Positions 55,380-64,000 of a stretch of 64,000 bases of DNA are shown here, piece by piece. This DNA comes from Candidatus Iainarchaeum sp. (GTDB taxonomy: Archaea; Iainarchaeota; Iainarchaeia; Iainarchaeales; GCA-2688035): positions 81,883-145,882 of the forward strand of contig JAFCCL010000001.1 of the NCBI GenBank assembly GCA_017610205.1, in the 5' to 3' direction. Each line of letters begins with the position of its first letter. Within the stretch, counting starts at the first letter, position 1. The notes beneath the pieces are model-generated. The model was not told where the DNA came from and did not search any database. It worked only from the letters and a program-made list of their open reading frames with translations. The translations under genes were made by a program, and so were the position numbers.

Positions 55380-56015
55380 TTAGTTTACCTCCTTGTCAGC
55401 CATCTTTTTACTCCATTCTTCTGAATTTGAAAGATAGTCTTTAATTGAATCAAATTGTTTCTGAGAAATTTTTCCTGTTTCAACCAGGTATTGTAGCAAT
55501 TCAGAAACCTTCAAAACAGCGTGCAACTCATAGCCCTTTTCCTTCAATTCTTCTGGACCGCCTTGCTCTCTGTCAATTAGCACAACAATGTCCTTTACTT
55601 TCAATCCTGCTTCTTCTAAGGGCTTTACTGCCTCAAACTTGCTTGTTCCTCTGGTAATCAAATCGTCTATTACCAGAACTGTTTCCCCATCCTTGAAAAC
55701 TCCTTCAATTGAGTTCTTTGTGCCGTGTGCCTTTATGTCCTTTCTGGGGTAAATCATTGACCATCCTGATTCTAAAGAAACGGCTGTGGCAATTGGCATT
55801 GCAGCATAGGGGATTCCTGCAATCCTGTCAAATTCCAAGCCTTTTCCAATTTCAACCAGTTTACTGGAAACCATTTTTAATGCATCTGGATACGAGGCCA
55901 ACAGCCTTAAATCAATGTAGATTGGACTAAGCAACCCGCTCTTTAGCGTAAACTTTCCAAACTTCACTGCTCCAATCTCAAACAGCTTTTCGCACAATTC
56001 CTGTTTTGAAGTCAT
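55380..56015 (-). CDS. pyrE: Orotate phosphoribosyltransferase
   Basis: PRTase motif VLVIDDLITRGTS; 211 aa. Confidence 0.85.
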   Translation of the reverse strand: MTSKQELCEKLFEIGAVKFGKFTLKSGLLSPIYIDLRLLASYPDALKMVSSKLVEIGKGLEFDRIAGIPYAAMPIATAVSLESGWSMIYPRKDIKAHGTKNSIEGVFKDGETVLVIDDLITRGTSKFEAVKPLEEAGLKVKDIVVLIDREQGGPEELKEKGYELHAVLKVSELLQYLVETGKISQKQFDSIKDYLSNSEEWSKKMADKEVN

Positions 56016-56140
56016 TTCAATTTTTCCTCCTGTCTTTTTTTAATATTACCCATACGTTTCACCTATAAATCTTAATCTTCTTTTCATTTTTAACACCTTT
56101 TCTGCAATTATAAGCAAATTAGAAACTCTTTTTTTAACTA

Positions 56141-56359
56141 CTAACTAATGTTTGTGCGGTTTCCATCAGTTTCGCCTTTTCCAATGTTATTTCTTCGTTT
56201 GGCCTCATTTTGCATTAACTTTTTTGCCAAAGGGTTTGTTTCCCTTTTAGCTTCATTAGCAACTCTTTCGGTTTCCCTTCTAAACAGCCTGTTTAACATT
56301 CTTCCAAATCTTCCACCAGGGCTAGGAGTTCTGCCAATTTTTTTTGGGAGCCTTCTCAT
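56141..56359 (-). CDS. small basic hypothetical protein
   Basis: 72-aa Arg/Lys-rich ORF between pyrE and pyrC. Whether it is truly coding is uncertain. Confidence 0.2.
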   Translation of the reverse strand: MRRLPKKIGRTPSPGGRFGRMLNRLFRRETERVANEAKRETNPLAKKLMQNEAKRRNNIGKGETDGNRTNIS

Positions 56360-56387
56360 AATTTATCACCATCCATTAATTATAATG

Positions 56388-57677
56388 TCAAGAAATGTTT
56401 CCATTGCTAAAAACAACTTTCCCCTTAACAATTGTATAAACAGCCTTTCCCTTTAACTTCATTCCTGCAAAGGGTGTGTTTCTTCCCTTTGATTCAAATT
56501 TTTCAGGGTCAACTTTTTCTTCTTTGTTCAAGTCAATTATTGTAATATCTGCGTTCGCTCCCTTTGAAAGCGTGCCCTTGTCAAGACCAAGAACCTTTGC
56601 TGGGTTGATTGACATTTTTGCAATTGCATCCTCCAAAGAAAGAATCTTTTCGTTCACAAGCTTTGTTAAAACCAATGGCAGTGTTGTCTCAAGTCCAACC
56701 ATTCCATTTTCGCACAAGTCAAACTCTCTAAACTTTTCAACAAGAGTGTGTGGTGCGTGGTCTGAGGCAATAACCTCAATTGTTCCATCCTTCAACCCTT
56801 CCTTTACTGCTTCAACATGTTCTTTGCTTCTCAAAGGAGGGTTAACCTTTGCGTTCACATTATAGCCTCTAACATCCTTGTCTGAGAGGGCAAAATAGTG
56901 CGGGCATGTTTCGGCTGAAACCTTTTGCTCAGCTTTCTTTGCTGTTCTAACAAGCTCAACGCTTCCCTTTGTGGAAACATGGCAGAAGTGAATTGGCCAT
57001 TGCACCATCTTGCTCAAAATTATTTCCCTTGCAACCATTACTTCTTCGGCTGCAGCTGGCTTTCCAGCCAAACCAAGTTCTGTACTAACAAGACCCTCGT
57101 GCATTACTCCGCCTGCAGCCAATCTGATGTCCTCTGAGTGCGACAAAACAGGCATATTCCACATCCTGCAATACTCTAAAGCTTTTCTCATAAGGTTTGC
57201 ATCCTGGACATCAGAGCCATCATCGCTTACTGCAACAGCGCCTGTTTTCTTTAGCTCTCCAATTTCTGCCAATTCCTTTCCCTTCCTGCCCTTTGTAATT
57301 GCTCCAACAGGCAGAACGTTTACAATTGCCTCCTTTGCTGCCTTGCTTTTCACAAACTCAATAACTGTCTGGTTGTCTGCATCAGGGGTTGTGTTCGGCA
57401 TTCCAACAATTGTTGCAAAACCTCCTTTTGCAGCAGCCTTTGAAGCAGTCCTAATTGTTTCCTTGTCTTCTCTGCCTGGTTCCCTTAAATGAACATGCAT
57501 GTCAATTAAGCCTGGAACAACAATTAATCCCTCTGCGCTAATTGTTTCATCAGCCTTTGCATCAATTCCTTTTCCAACCTCTTTTATTTTGCCGTTTTCA
57601 ACCAAAATGTCAAGTTTCTTGTCTATCTTGTTTGCCGGGTCAATTACTCTTCCTCCTTTTATTAGCAGGCTTGTCAT
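56388..57677 (-). CDS. pyrC: Dihydroorotase
   Basis: LIDMHVHLREPG metal-binding motif and amidohydrolase fold length (429 aa). Confidence 0.85.
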   Translation of the reverse strand: MTSLLIKGGRVIDPANKIDKKLDILVENGKIKEVGKGIDAKADETISAEGLIVVPGLIDMHVHLREPGREDKETIRTASKAAAKGGFATIVGMPNTTPDADNQTVIEFVKSKAAKEAIVNVLPVGAITKGRKGKELAEIGELKKTGAVAVSDDGSDVQDANLMRKALEYCRMWNMPVLSHSEDIRLAAGGVMHEGLVSTELGLAGKPAAAEEVMVAREIILSKMVQWPIHFCHVSTKGSVELVRTAKKAEQKVSAETCPHYFALSDKDVRGYNVNAKVNPPLRSKEHVEAVKEGLKDGTIEVIASDHAPHTLVEKFREFDLCENGMVGLETTLPLVLTKLVNEKILSLEDAIAKMSINPAKVLGLDKGTLSKGANADITIIDLNKEEKVDPEKFESKGRNTPFAGMKLKGKAVYTIVKGKVVFSNGNIS

Positions 57678-58693
57678 CTTCTATCGCCTCCCAATAGCAG
57701 GTAAAGCAATGCAAGCCTTAGGGCAAAACCGTTTTCGACCTGGGCTTCTACAGCACTTCTATCAGATTCCATTATCTCAGTTTTTAAATCAACCTCTCTG
57801 TTGATTGGACCAGGGTGCATGACAATTGCGTCAAATTTGGCAAGTGCAAGCCTTTCCTGATTAACACAATAACTTTTGCTGTATTCCCTTACTGAGGGAA
57901 TGTCTCCGCCTGCAGCCCTCTCTAATTGAATTCTCAAAGCATAAATTATGTCAACTCCCTTAACTGCTTCGTCCAGGTGGTTAAAGACCTTGCATTTGAA
58001 TACTTTTTCCATTCCGTACGGCATCAGGGTTGGTGGTCCAACAATGTGTGGCTTTACTCCAAACTTGTTTAAGGCTCTAATCAGCGAGCCTGCTACTCTG
58101 CTGTGTTTTATGTCTCCAACAAGAGCTACTTTTAATCCCTCAATTTGCCCTCTTTTATCAAGCATTGTATAAAGGTCAAGCATTGCCTGTGTTGGGTGCT
58201 CGTGCCACCCGTCTCCTGCATTGATAACAGGTGCATTAATCTGCCCTGCAATCATTTCGGGAGAACCAGCTTTTGCGTGCCTTAGAATAATTATATCCGC
58301 GTGCATTGCATTCAATGTTCTAACAACGTCGTTTAGTGTTTCGCCCTTTTTGTCAATAGTGCTTCCTGAACCAGAAACATTTATTGTGTCAATGCTTAGG
58401 TTTTTTCCAGCCAGTTCAAAGGAAACCCTTGTTCTGGTGCTTGCTTCAAAGAAAAAGTTTATTTGGCTCATTCCCTTCAAGAGATTAATTTTTTTGTCTG
58501 GCTTGATAATAAATTCTTTAAAAAGTTTTGTGCAGTCAAAAACAAGTTCCATATCTTCCTTGCTTAATTCATCAATGCTGATAATGTTTTTGCCTGGAAG
58601 TTTTCTGTTACCAATTACCTTAATTAATCTGTCTTCAAAGTCTTCCTGCCACTTTCCAATTTCTTCCCAGAGCTTTTGTCTTCTTGGATGCAA
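57674..58693 (-). CDS. pyrB: Aspartate carbamoyltransferase catalytic subunit
   Basis: FFEASTRTRVSFE (STRTR) and HEHPTQAM (HPTQ) motifs. It overlaps pyrC by 4 nt. Confidence 0.9.
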   Translation of the reverse strand: MHPRRQKLWEEIGKWQEDFEDRLIKVIGNRKLPGKNIISIDELSKEDMELVFDCTKLFKEFIIKPDKKINLLKGMSQINFFFEASTRTRVSFELAGKNLSIDTINVSGSGSTIDKKGETLNDVVRTLNAMHADIIILRHAKAGSPEMIAGQINAPVINAGDGWHEHPTQAMLDLYTMLDKRGQIEGLKVALVGDIKHSRVAGSLIRALNKFGVKPHIVGPPTLMPYGMEKVFKCKVFNHLDEAVKGVDIIYALRIQLERAAGGDIPSVREYSKSYCVNQERLALAKFDAIVMHPGPINREVDLKTEIMESDRSAVEAQVENGFALRLALLYLLLGGDRR

Positions 58694-58820
58694 CTATCTC
58701 CCACCTAAAATTACTTCCTCAATTACCCTTTTAAAACAATGCAGGGTTTTAGTCAAAACATCTTTTTTTATTAATTTTCAACTTTATTCTTCTTTTTGTC
58801 AACTACAAAATTTCTCCTAT

Positions 58821-59450
58821 TTACTTAATGTTTATACTTAAATCCAATATAAAAGCAGTAATCTTTTTTTCCTTTGTGTCAATTAAGAATTCCCATGCAT
58901 CATTAAGATCCAAACCCAATTCCTTTGCGCCATTTGTTTCTTTTTCAACATATTGCTTTACTTCTTCAATTGCATTTCCTTCAATGCCAAACTTTTCAGC
59001 AATCCTTTTAGCCAAAGAAAATGACTTTGCTCTTAAATCTCCAATTTTTGTCAAATCTGTTAGCGCAACATGCTTTTCTCCATTAATTTCAGCAATCCTT
59101 ATTGTTGATGGTACATGAAAGCCATTCTTTTTAAGTTTTTGAAATGTTTTGAATTCCTTTTCTGCAATGGTGCTTTGGGTTTCGCCCTTTGAGAATTGCC
59201 GAAGATTATACTTTTTCACAACAAGCCTTCTTACCCTAGGCCCCTCGAAAACAATTAAATCAAAGGCCTTGCCATGTCTGCCTCTTGCTGGAGTGGTATA
59301 TCGTTTTAGAATCTTTCTTCCATCTGGAACAGCGGTTGTACTCATTGATTTAACTCTCTTCACATTTCTGTCCACAGCCAAAGCACTTGCAGCAAAATCC
59401 CTTTTTCCGCCCTTTAAAACAGTTGATTTCTTTGCCTTCATTGCCTCCAC
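58821..59450 (-). CDS. hypothetical protein embedded in pyr cluster (possibly atypical kinase-like)
   Basis: 209-aa ORF overlapping pyrK by 13 nt. I can make no confident family assignment. Confidence 0.3.
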   Translation of the reverse strand: MEAMKAKKSTVLKGGKRDFAASALAVDRNVKRVKSMSTTAVPDGRKILKRYTTPARGRHGKAFDLIVFEGPRVRRLVVKKYNLRQFSKGETQSTIAEKEFKTFQKLKKNGFHVPSTIRIAEINGEKHVALTDLTKIGDLRAKSFSLAKRIAEKFGIEGNAIEEVKQYVEKETNGAKELGLDLNDAWEFLIDTKEKKITAFILDLSINIK

Positions 59451-60247
59451 TCCGCAAACTCCTTCAAAGAAACTTCCTTTCCTGATTTTAATAATGCCTT
59501 TTCTCCAAACTCGGGCATTTCACGCAATTGCTCGCTTTTGAAGACAGGTCCGTCCTTGCAAACAAGCCACTTGCCCAAAGCACAGGCTCCACAAACTCCA
59601 AACCCGCATCGCATATATCTCTCCAAATTCAGCTGGCATTCAATTCCTTTCCTTTCACAAATTTCAAAAGCCTTCTTCATCATTGGCTCTGGTCCGCAGC
59701 CAAATACAATGTCAAACTTTTGTTTGGCAAGCAGTTTTTCCAGCATGCTTGTGGCATAACCCTTTTCTCCAAGAGAACCATCATCAGTTGTTATGTATAA
59801 GTTCTTAGTGGTTTTGCCTAGTCTTTCCTTAAACAGGCATTCCTTGCCTGTTTTTGCGCCAAGGATTACACTCAAGTCAATGCCTTTTTTCTTAAACTGC
59901 TCTGCCAGAAGAAGAACTGGTGCAGCCCCGCATCCTCCTGCAATAATGCAGACTTTCTTCACTTCCTCTGTACTGAATCCGTTTCCGTATGGACCGCGAA
60001 TTCCAATCTTGCCTCCTTCTTTCAAATCACACATTGCTTTTGTAAATTTTCCCTTGCATTGCACTGTTACAGCGCACTCTTTTCCTTTGGCAGTAAGGGT
60101 AAATGGCTTTTCGTCAATGTCAGGAAGCCAGAGCATTGCAAATTGGCCTGGCTTTGCATTCATTTTGTGTTCAAGGTAGTATGTTTTGATGTTTGGGGTT
60201 TCCTGGACAATTCTCTTAATGGAAACCATTTTTGGCAGCTTGGTCAT
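59438..60247 (-). CDS. pyrK: Dihydroorotate dehydrogenase electron transfer subunit
   Basis: FAD/NAD-binding domain followed by the C-terminal CGFGVCGACA 2Fe-2S cysteine cluster. Confidence 0.85.
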   Translation of the reverse strand: MTKLPKMVSIKRIVQETPNIKTYYLEHKMNAKPGQFAMLWLPDIDEKPFTLTAKGKECAVTVQCKGKFTKAMCDLKEGGKIGIRGPYGNGFSTEEVKKVCIIAGGCGAAPVLLLAEQFKKKGIDLSVILGAKTGKECLFKERLGKTTKNLYITTDDGSLGEKGYATSMLEKLLAKQKFDIVFGCGPEPMMKKAFEICERKGIECQLNLERYMRCGFGVCGACALGKWLVCKDGPVFKSEQLREMPEFGEKALLKSGKEVSLKEFAEWRQ

Positions 60248-60879
60248 TCTTTTGCCTCCAGTTTTTCAATCAATTCAGGTAATTCTCCAATGTCTTGAAT
60301 AATAAAATCTGGTTTTGCCTTTTCTAGTTTCTTTTTGGAGTCATAGCCACATAAGACCGCAACACTTCTAATGCCTTCTTGTTGTGCTGTTTCCACATCG
60401 TGAACCATATCTCCAACATATAGCGTGCTTTCTTTTTCTATTTTGTGCCTTAAAACAATGGCTTCAATTTTTTTCCGCTTGTCTTCGTGGCTTGTATCCA
60501 CACAGTCAATTAATTCCTTCATTCCATAGTTTTCTATTTCTTTTTCCAGCAATGTTTGATTATGTGCGCTGAAAATTAGAATCTTTTTGTTGTGTTGTTT
60601 CAACCACTCCATTGCTTTTTTTGCAAACGGAAATGCTTTTACTAGGGGGTAGTATTTTGGAAACAGTCTTTCCCATTTATCATATTCTTCTTGAACTACT
60701 ATTTTTATGCCAAGTTTTTTGTAGAATCGCATCCAGGGCATTTCGTACAGTTCCCTGAACTTTTCTTCTGAAAGTCTTGGGTGGCCCCTTTCTTCAAGCA
60801 CATCATTTGAAGTAGCAAAGGTTGCTTCCCAGTCATTGCTTACTACTCCTGACCAGTCAAGTATTACAGCCTTAATCAT
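60244..60879 (-). CDS. HAD-superfamily hydrolase (non-canonical motif I: DxS instead of DxD)
   Basis: N-terminal AVILDWSGVV and C-terminal YVGDMVHDVETAQ (motif IV GDxxxD). Confidence 0.55.
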   Translation of the reverse strand: MIKAVILDWSGVVSNDWEATFATSNDVLEERGHPRLSEEKFRELYEMPWMRFYKKLGIKIVVQEEYDKWERLFPKYYPLVKAFPFAKKAMEWLKQHNKKILIFSAHNQTLLEKEIENYGMKELIDCVDTSHEDKRKKIEAIVLRHKIEKESTLYVGDMVHDVETAQQEGIRSVAVLCGYDSKKKLEKAKPDFIIQDIGELPELIEKLEAKE

Positions 60880-61550
60880 TATCTCATCGTTCCAAGTTTT
60901 CTGTCAACAATTTCTTCAATTACCTCAAAACCAGTCTGTGTTAATTCAGGCAGTTGGTTTGAAAGCTCTTGAATGCATTTTTCTCCTGTTTCAATGGCTG
61001 CACAAAGCCTTGCCCTGTTGAAGAGAACTTCTTTTTCTCCCTTTTCAGTGATTTCTGCCAGGTTGTTCCTTGCTTTTTTTGCTTCTTTTTTGTAATAATT
61101 GTCAATGCCATTTTTCTCGCTTTTAAAAATTGAATTGCCTGCTTCCATTATTTTTGCAATTGACTCATACATTTTTTGGGCGTTTTTAACGCTAAGCCTG
61201 CCGTATTTGTTTTCAATGAGAATTTTTTGAATAACCCAAGCACTGTTTGCAATGGCAATGCATTCCCTTTCAGCATTAAGTTTTTTTCCCATTCTGGTTG
61301 AAAACTTTTCCAAAACAAGCCTTTGCAGCAAAAGCCTCAGTATCTTTTTGCCCATTGGCCTGGTATATAATTCGTATTTTTCAACTAGTCCTCCAGCCAT
61401 TTCTTTCATTCCAAGCTTATTAATCTGTTTTCTGTAAGCGGTTTTTCTTTCATATCTCATAATCGCTTTTTTCTGTTTTTCCTTCAAATGCTTGGCAGTT
61501 TTAGTGCCCAGTGCCTTACTCCTTCTGTTAATCCATTTAGCCATGCGCAC
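60879..61550 (-). CDS. hypothetical protein
   Basis: 223-aa basic/helical ORF with good coding density. I recognise no family. Confidence 0.3.
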   Translation of the reverse strand: MRMAKWINRRSKALGTKTAKHLKEKQKKAIMRYERKTAYRKQINKLGMKEMAGGLVEKYELYTRPMGKKILRLLLQRLVLEKFSTRMGKKLNAERECIAIANSAWVIQKILIENKYGRLSVKNAQKMYESIAKIMEAGNSIFKSEKNGIDNYYKKEAKKARNNLAEITEKGEKEVLFNRARLCAAIETGEKCIQELSNQLPELTQTGFEVIEEIVDRKLGTMR

Positions 61551-62451
61551 AGCCCCTAATTTCTTCCAAGGACTTTACTTCATTTTCCTTTATCCATTCT
61601 TTCATTTCCCTGCAGACCTTTTCAAAAACTCCAATTCCCTGATAGTAAACTCCTGAACCAATTCCTACAGCTGTTGCCCCTGCCTGAATGTATTCAATTG
61701 CGTCTCTTCCGGAGGAAATTCCTCCCATTCCAAGAATTGGAATCTTCACTGCTTTGAAAATTTGGTAAACGCACTTTATTCCAACAGGCTTTATTGCCGG
61801 GCCTGATATGCCTCCAAACTTGTTGCACAAAATTGGCTTTCTTGCGTCAATATCTATTGCCATTCCTGCAACTGTATTAATTGCACAAATTGCGTTTGCT
61901 TCTGCTTTCTCACAGGCGCTTGCAATTGCTGCAATGTTTGGAGCCTGCGGAGTAAGCTTTGCAATTAGTGGAATTTTTCCAATTTCTTTTTTTACAGAGG
62001 ACACTACTTCTGCACTTGCTGTTTCATTTACTCCAAAAATCTGTCCGTGTTCCTGAGTATTGGGGCAACTGATGTTTACTTCAATTGCATCTGGCTTTTT
62101 TTCTGCAACAAATTTTGAAACCTCAACAAATTCTTCAACAGAGGCGCCGTAAATAGAGGCAATTAGTGGAAATTTTCTTTCCTCCAATTCGTTCCATTCC
62201 TCCTCCATATTTTTGTAGCCAGGGGACGGCAGGCCAACAGCATTTAGCAAACCATGCTCCAACTCCAAAACGCTTGGATTTGCATGCCCTGCTCTTTCCT
62301 CCGGGCCAATGCTTTTCATTGTTATTGCACCAGCGCCTCCTTCTTCAAAAACGCGTTTCATTAAGGCAGCGCTTGTTCCAAGCACGCCTGAAGCCAGAAC
62401 AGTTGGATTTTTCAATTTCAAACCAGCAAAATCGATTTCAAGAGACAACAA
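61537..62451 (-). CDS. pyrD: Dihydroorotate dehydrogenase (type 1B) catalytic subunit
   Basis: IEVNISCPNT active-site region and a TIM-barrel length of 304 aa. It pairs with pyrK. Confidence 0.85.
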   Translation of the reverse strand: MLSLEIDFAGLKLKNPTVLASGVLGTSAALMKRVFEEGGAGAITMKSIGPEERAGHANPSVLELEHGLLNAVGLPSPGYKNMEEEWNELEERKFPLIASIYGASVEEFVEVSKFVAEKKPDAIEVNISCPNTQEHGQIFGVNETASAEVVSSVKKEIGKIPLIAKLTPQAPNIAAIASACEKAEANAICAINTVAGMAIDIDARKPILCNKFGGISGPAIKPVGIKCVYQIFKAVKIPILGMGGISSGRDAIEYIQAGATAVGIGSGVYYQGIGVFEKVCREMKEWIKENEVKSLEEIRGCAHG

Positions 62452-62511
62452 AAACCCGCTAATATTAGATTTGGTTGTTTTTTTAAATTTAGTGCCCTTT
62501 CCTTTTTTTGA

Positions 62512-63168
62512 ATGAAAAAGATTGCTCCCTCAATTCTATCCTCTGACATCTGTGACCTTGCCAAGCTTTTGCCTTCTTTGGAGAAGGAAGCAGAGTGGCT
62601 TCACCTTGATGTAATGGATGGGCATTTTGTGCAAAACATTACCTTTGGATTTCCTATAATAAAGTCTTTGAGACCAAAGACAAAAATGTTTTTTGACACC
62701 CATTCTATGATTTCAAAGCCAGAGCGCTATTTTGAAAGGTTTGCAGAAGCCGGTTCAAACGCAATTACCTTTCACTTGGAAACCGTTGAAAAGCCCTTGA
62801 ATGCCATAAAGCAAATTCGTGCGCTTGGCTGCAAGGCAGGAATTGCTTTGAATAATCAAACAAGTGCAAAAAAGGCAATTCCTTTCTTGCACGAGGTGGA
62901 TTTGGTGCTTGTAATGGGAATTGAAGCGGGCTTTGGTGGCCAAAAGCTTATCCCAAAAGACCTTGAGAAGGTTAGGTTATTTAGGAAGGAAATTGATTCC
63001 CGGAAACTTTCAACACTAATTTCCTTTGATGGCGGAGTAAACAGGCAAACTCTCCCGGATGTAATTGAGGCAGGGGCTGACATTTTTGCAATGGGAAGCG
63101 CAATCTTTGGAAAGGAAAATCCTGCTGAGGAATTAAAGCTGTTGAAGAAAGAATTTGGATTTTGCTAA
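62512..63168 (+). CDS. rpe: Ribulose-phosphate 3-epimerase
   Basis: HLDVMDGHFVQNITFG and the C-terminal DGG region typical of Rpe; 218 aa. Confidence 0.85.
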   Translation: MKKIAPSILSSDICDLAKLLPSLEKEAEWLHLDVMDGHFVQNITFGFPIIKSLRPKTKMFFDTHSMISKPERYFERFAEAGSNAITFHLETVEKPLNAIKQIRALGCKAGIALNNQTSAKKAIPFLHEVDLVLVMGIEAGFGGQKLIPKDLEKVRLFRKEIDSRKLSTLISFDGGVNRQTLPDVIEAGADIFAMGSAIFGKENPAEELKLLKKEFGFC

Positions 63169-64000
63169 CGCTTTTTCTTCAGCATGTCAATAAGTCCTAG
63201 GAATGGTTCCTGTCTTGTTCCAAGTTCTAGTTTGTGGTACATTTCCAGTGCAAAGTTTTCCGGGTCAAAGACTCCTATTTCGGAAATTATTGCGTGAATG
63301 TAGAATGCGTCAACAATGTCAAAACCCGGGTTTTTTATTTTGACTTTTTTTGGCGGGTTTTTCCAAACCTCCTCAATGTCCCTTTCCTCTATTTCTTCTT
63401 CAAATCCAAAGTATGTTGCTGGGTCAAAGCAATGTGAAGAAGTGCAGACAAAGAACGGGTTGTGGTGCTTTTTTGCAGCGTGTGCAATGTGGGTTGTACC
63501 AATTTTGTTTACAATTTCGCCGTTGCTTAAAACTGCGTCACATCCAATAAATATTTTGTCAACTGGATGCATATATTTGTCTGCTGCAGAGTCAACAATT
63601 AGTGTAACCGGAATGCCTGCCTTTGCCAAATTTGCTGCAGTGATTCTTCCCTGAAACCTGGGTCTTGTTTCAGTGCAGTAAACCATCTTAATCTTCTTTT
63701 TTGCTTTTTTTAAAATTTCTTCAACTGTGTGGGAATGGCAGTGGGTCATTATTGTGTCGCCTTTTTCAATTAGCCTGCTTCCGTACAATGCTATTTTTTC
63801 CATTGCCTTTTTTCGATTTGCTTCATATTGCTTAATAGTTTGAATTGTGTTTTCTTTTACTTCCTGCAAATTCCTTGAATGAAGCGAAGCGGCTTTGAGA
63901 ATTATTCTTATGGCAGTTCTTGTCTCAGGTTCTGTTGGCCTGGTTTTTAAAAGCGCAAGGCAGTGTCTTTGAACTTCTCGCCTGAAGGCAGGCAGTGTTT
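63165..64000 (-). CDS. eIF-2B alpha/beta/delta-family protein; probable ribose-1,5-bisphosphate isomerase (partial, N-terminus beyond window end)
   Basis: C-terminal two-thirds of the e2b2 fold (CHSHTVEE...GCDAVLSNGEIVNKIGT). The reading frame continues without a stop to the window edge (TRPTEPETRTAIRIILKAASLHSRN...). The ORF-track start is a TTG. The function is inferred from the AMP phosphorylase nearby. Confidence 0.65.
   Translation of the reverse strand, partial: TLPAFRREVQRHCLALLKTRPTEPETRTAIRIILKAASLHSRNLQEVKENTIQTIKQYEANRKKAMEKIALYGSRLIEKGDTIMTHCHSHTVEEILKKAKKKIKMVYCTETRPRFQGRITAANLAKAGIPVTLIVDSAADKYMHPVDKIFIGCDAVLSNGEIVNKIGTTHIAHAAKKHHNPFFVCTSSHCFDPATYFGFEEEIEERDIEEVWKNPPKKVKIKNPGFDIVDAFYIHAIISEIGVFDPENFALEMYHKLELGTRQEPFLGLIDMLKKKR

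Noticed and set aside
58821-59450. The 209-aa gene after pyrB as the ATCase regulatory subunit PyrI
   Set aside because: It lacks the C-terminal 4-Cys zinc domain and the allosteric-domain sequence features of PyrI. It is left as a hypothetical protein.
1-64000. A CRISPR array, tRNA genes, 16S/23S rRNA or group I/II introns
   Set aside because: No regularly spaced direct repeats were seen. I scanned the intergenic gaps by eye (1542-1703, 8204-8341, 9858-9995, 46634-46685, 47452-47654, 50025-50099, 50767-50990) for cloverleaf-like GC-rich ~75-nt segments and found none. Only a 5S rRNA is supported.
63869-64000. A frameshift or internal start in the e2b2 gene (the ORF track starts it at 63869)
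   Set aside because: Translating upstream in the same frame gives an uninterrupted, e2b2-like sequence to the window edge. The ORF-track start is a TTG. The gene is simply truncated by the window boundary.

Overview
This 64 kb window comes from a low-GC archaeal genome. The archaeal assignment rests on a TATA-binding protein, ribosomal proteins L10e and L21e, RpoF, KsgA, an isolated 5S rRNA, AglB/STT3 and a type 1B dihydroorotate dehydrogenase (PyrD/PyrK). The lineage is uncertain; it may be a DPANN-like or other uncultured archaeon. The window is densely coding and dominated by one very large surface-glycan and N-glycosylation gene cluster (about 0.4-46.6 kb, mostly on the minus strand). The cluster encodes a eukaryote-like core: AglH (Alg7-like GPT), split Alg13/Alg14-like GT28 subunits and the AglB oligosaccharyltransferase. 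Around that core are more than 12 GT2/GT4 glycosyltransferases, a GT-C ArnT/PMT-like transferase, Dol-P-sugar synthase-like GT2s, and many nucleotide-sugar enzymes (RmlA-like, RmlB, WecB, DegT aminotransferase, four SDR epimerase/dehydratases, a cytidylyltransferase-GNAT fusion). The cluster also carries an unusually heavy modification toolkit: four B12-binding radical SAM enzymes (two are tandem paralogs with duplicated 62-nt leaders), a SPASM radical SAM enzyme, FkbM and class I methyltransferases, a GT2-FemAB/CelD-like fusion, a CE4-like deacetylase, a TagF-like GT-B enzyme and an NPP-family phosphodiesterase. Embedded at 4.5-9.9 kb is the most unusual part of the window. It contains APS kinase (CysC) divergently adjacent to a sulfotransferase, a PHP-family phosphoesterase (candidate pAp phosphatase), an atypical HIT/GalT-like protein, and two tandem paralogous Pol-beta-type nucleotidyltransferase-like genes whose flanking domains I could not assign to any family. 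One paralog has an intact DxD motif and the other reads DxN. Together these may form a previously undescribed glycan-sulfation and nucleotidyl-transfer system; no ATP sulfurylase is present in the window. A free-standing LAGLIDADG homing-endonuclease-like gene sits on an AT-rich islet between the RmlA-like and RmlB genes. The 3' third of the window holds housekeeping genes. These are L10e with a K/E-rich tail, a Trm11-like RNA methyltransferase, 5S rRNA, a free-standing ThrRS-editing-domain homolog, TBP with a basic tail, the L21e-RpoF-DUF655-KsgA operon, AMP phosphorylase, a near-complete pyrimidine cluster (pyrF, E, C, B, K, D, no pyrI) with interspersed unknown genes, Rpe, and a ribose-1,5-bisphosphate isomerase (e2b2) running off the window end. 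Several ORF-track starts are TTG/GTG alternative-start extensions; where an obvious ATG with a homologous N-terminus exists I give the shorter coordinates. The sequence as supplied appears to contain 64001 nt.
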